Positions 61,804 through 64,000 of a DNA stretch of 64,000 nt are shown here, piece by piece (position 1 is the stretch's first letter; each line of letters opens with the position of its first letter). The translations under genes and the position numbers were made by a program. The notes below the pieces were generated by a model, which saw only the letters and a program-made list of their open reading frames with translations, was not told the DNA's origin and searched no databases. The stretch is from Leptogorgia sarmentosa (Eukaryota). The DNA lies in assembly GCA_964658305.1 (NCBI GenBank), contig OZ210885.1:14074001-14138000 (forward strand). Direction: 5' to 3'.

Positions 61804-63738
61804 ATGAAACGTAACAGGGCACAGTACAGGAAAAACTGGGCTGCTGCCAACAGAGCGTTGAGGCGGGATAGTGCTGCCCTACCTGATAATGCTGATGATA
61901 GCGACTTTGTTGAGCTTAATTTTAATCCACCTGAAACAAGCCCTGATTCCGACACTGACCAACACGAACCGCCGCAAAAGTCCGCTTGTACCAGCCTTCA
62001 TCCAAATTGTTCCTCTTTGCACGACTGTATCCATATTGAGGGTGTTGAGGAAAATCAACTCACTTGTAGCTCTTCTGACTCTGAAGGCGGTGTTTCAGAT
62101 GAAATCACTCTCTGTGAAAGCTTAGCTGATTGGAGCAATAAGTTTTCAATCAAGCAAAATGCTCTTGATGGTCTACTGAGGGCCAATGGTCATCCAGATT
62201 TGCCTGGTTGTGCACGCACACTTTTGCAGACTTCGCAGAATATTCCTATTACGCGGAAATCTGGAATGGATTATGTTTACTTGCCTTTGTCAGAGCAGTT
62301 GTTAAAGCACTTCAAGAGACATCCTGTTGACACTGTTAATAGCACAAATTCTCTTGAAATCTCTTTGAATGTTGATGGCCTTCCTTTGTTTAAAAGTTCG
62401 GGAAAAAGCTTATGGCCCGTGTTGTGTGCTATTGTGAATATCAAACCCATTGTAGTATTCCCTGTTGTTCTGACATGCGGTGACTCCAAACCAAAGGATT
62501 TGGAGTTTTCAGATGAATTGATAGATGATTTAAACTATTGTCTTGAAAATGGGGTACAGGATGGAGAAAGGATTCTGTCAGTAACTATCAGATGTGTTGT
62601 TTGTGATGCCCCTGCAAGAGCGCTAGTAAAATGCACAAAGCTCTGTTCAGGCTATTTCGGTTGCGACAAGTGCGCACAAAAAGGTATGTGGCTTGGACGG
62701 GTGACGTACCCTAAGGTCCATGATTTAGATTTGCGCACCGATCTCACTTTCAGAGAACAAAACCAGGAGGAACATCATTGTGTTTTAAGTCCCTTCTGTA
62801 ACTTGCCGGTAGATATGGTAAGGAAATTTCCCATCGACTACATGCACCAACTGTGTTTAGGTGTCATGCGGAAATTAATTTTGACATGGATGAGGGGAAA
62901 TCGTGAAGTAAAAATATCTGCAGGTCAAGTCGAAGCCGTCAGCAAAAAATTACTTGAGCTAAAGGCTTTTGTTCCTTCCACATTTGCACGGAAGCCTAGG
63001 AGTTTGCTGGATGTTGACAGGTGGAAGGCAACAGAATTTAGGCAATTCCTTTTGTATACTGGCAAAATTGCTCTGAAAGGCATTCTGAGACCGGATCTAT
63101 ATGAGCATTTCCTTGTTTTAAGTGTTGCAAGCTGTATTTTGGTATGTCCTTCTTTGGCTCAGTCTTTAAAAGATTACGCCAGGCAATTGATGAAATATTT
63201 CGTGGAGCAAAGCAAGCAATTGTATGGAGGTGAATTTATGGTGTATAATGTGCATAGCATGGTCCATCTGGCTGATGAGGTCGATTTATTTGGGTGCTTA
63301 GATGCGTGTAGCTCATTTCCATTTGAGAACTATATGCAAAAATTGAAGAAGATGGTTCGCTCAGGGAAAAATCCAATTGCGCAAATCGCTAAACGACTCA
63401 GTGAATGCCCTGGCACTATTCAACAAGTTCATGAAGCTGCCATCAGTTCAAAATCTCCTAACAATGCTTTCTTGTTGAACCATTCAACTTGCCTTGAAGT
63501 GGTTGAAAGAGCTAGAAACTCTGATGGTGAAGAACTGTTTCTTTGTCGAATTTACGAAAAGACGGAGCCGTTTCTTACAAGTCCATGCGACTCCCGTCTC
63601 ATTGGTGTCCACAAAGTAACCGCTAGATGGACCAGCATGAAAATGTTGTCCTTAAAGAAACTGACAAAACCTGCAATGTTGGTTGACCTTGGTTCTGGAA
63701 AAAAGTTATTTATGGTCATTCTGCATACCAATAACTAA
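61804..63738 (+). CDS. EnSpm/CACTA (CMC)-type transposase, 644-aa open frame
   Basis: Motifs NVDGLPLFKSS, LWPVLC, VCDAPARA, GYFGCDKC, DYMHQLCLG, WKATEFR, VYNVH and SSFPFEN; no internal stop; element termini not identified. Confidence 0.88.
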   Translation: MKRNRAQYRKNWAAANRALRRDSAALPDNADDSDFVELNFNPPETSPDSDTDQHEPPQKSACTSLHPNCSSLHDCIHIEGVEENQLTCSSSDSEGGVSDEITLCESLADWSNKFSIKQNALDGLLRANGHPDLPGCARTLLQTSQNIPITRKSGMDYVYLPLSEQLLKHFKRHPVDTVNSTNSLEISLNVDGLPLFKSSGKSLWPVLCAIVNIKPIVVFPVVLTCGDSKPKDLEFSDELIDDLNYCLENGVQDGERILSVTIRCVVCDAPARALVKCTKLCSGYFGCDKCAQKGMWLGRVTYPKVHDLDLRTDLTFREQNQEEHHCVLSPFCNLPVDMVRKFPIDYMHQLCLGVMRKLILTWMRGNREVKISAGQVEAVSKKLLELKAFVPSTFARKPRSLLDVDRWKATEFRQFLLYTGKIALKGILRPDLYEHFLVLSVASCILVCPSLAQSLKDYARQLMKYFVEQSKQLYGGEFMVYNVHSMVHLADEVDLFGCLDACSSFPFENYMQKLKKMVRSGKNPIAQIAKRLSECPGTIQQVHEAAISSKSPNNAFLLNHSTCLEVVERARNSDGEELFLCRIYEKTEPFLTSPCDSRLIGVHKVTARWTSMKMLSLKKLTKPAMLVDLGSGKKLFMVILHTNN

Positions 63739-64000
63739 GGTATTAGTTGTGGACCAAACGCATACCATATATACGTTCATTCTCATGGCCACAAAAATTT
63801 TCAGCAAATTGTTCAGCTTGGAAAACTCATTGAAAATTTTATGCATTTCTTTCGTGTCGCCCAAAAAATGTCTGCTCAAAGCAAAATTGTAAGGCCAGGT
63901 ATCAATTAATTGACCTTAAGATTAATTGTATGCCATTTATCATTTTGACAAATATCTTTCTATCCACTTTAGATGTCGTTGAATAATGATAACTATGCAG

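Overview
Eukaryotic (animal) genomic DNA, AT-rich, with spliceosomal introns, made almost entirely of nested transposable elements. I recognise no ordinary host gene, RNA gene or CRISPR array. From left to right: decayed L1/Tx1-like non-LTR pieces with a 1.94-kb tandem duplication; a minisatellite; a hAT with an 8-bp TSD; a 6.9-kb CATAG..CTATG (P-like) non-autonomous element holding a hAT derivative, a head-to-head ~180-bp satellite and a piggyBac-like MITE; an apparently intact long-TIR DD41D Tc1/mariner; a broken THAP/P-element transposase with two MITEs in it; and an Academ fragment. From about 25.7 kb onward lies a large two-gene unit. It has a spliced CUE+HECT E3 ubiquitin ligase gene (+) ending tail-to-tail, 71 bp apart, with a spliced IS3-like DDE transposase gene (-), the layout I recall for IS3EU transposons. 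Insertions have stretched this unit to over 34 kb: a second hAT, a hAT MITE, a full-length Academ element and three nested BEL/Pao LTR retrotransposons. The window ends with an intact EnSpm/CACTA-type transposase ORF. The two most interesting signals are the transposon-linked ubiquitin-binding plus ubiquitin-ligase gene, and a BEL/Pao element lacking a tRNA PBS whose PBS position is instead complementary to its own LTR (a Tf1-like self-priming signature). All assignments come from manual motif, TIR and TSD reading; no database search was run.
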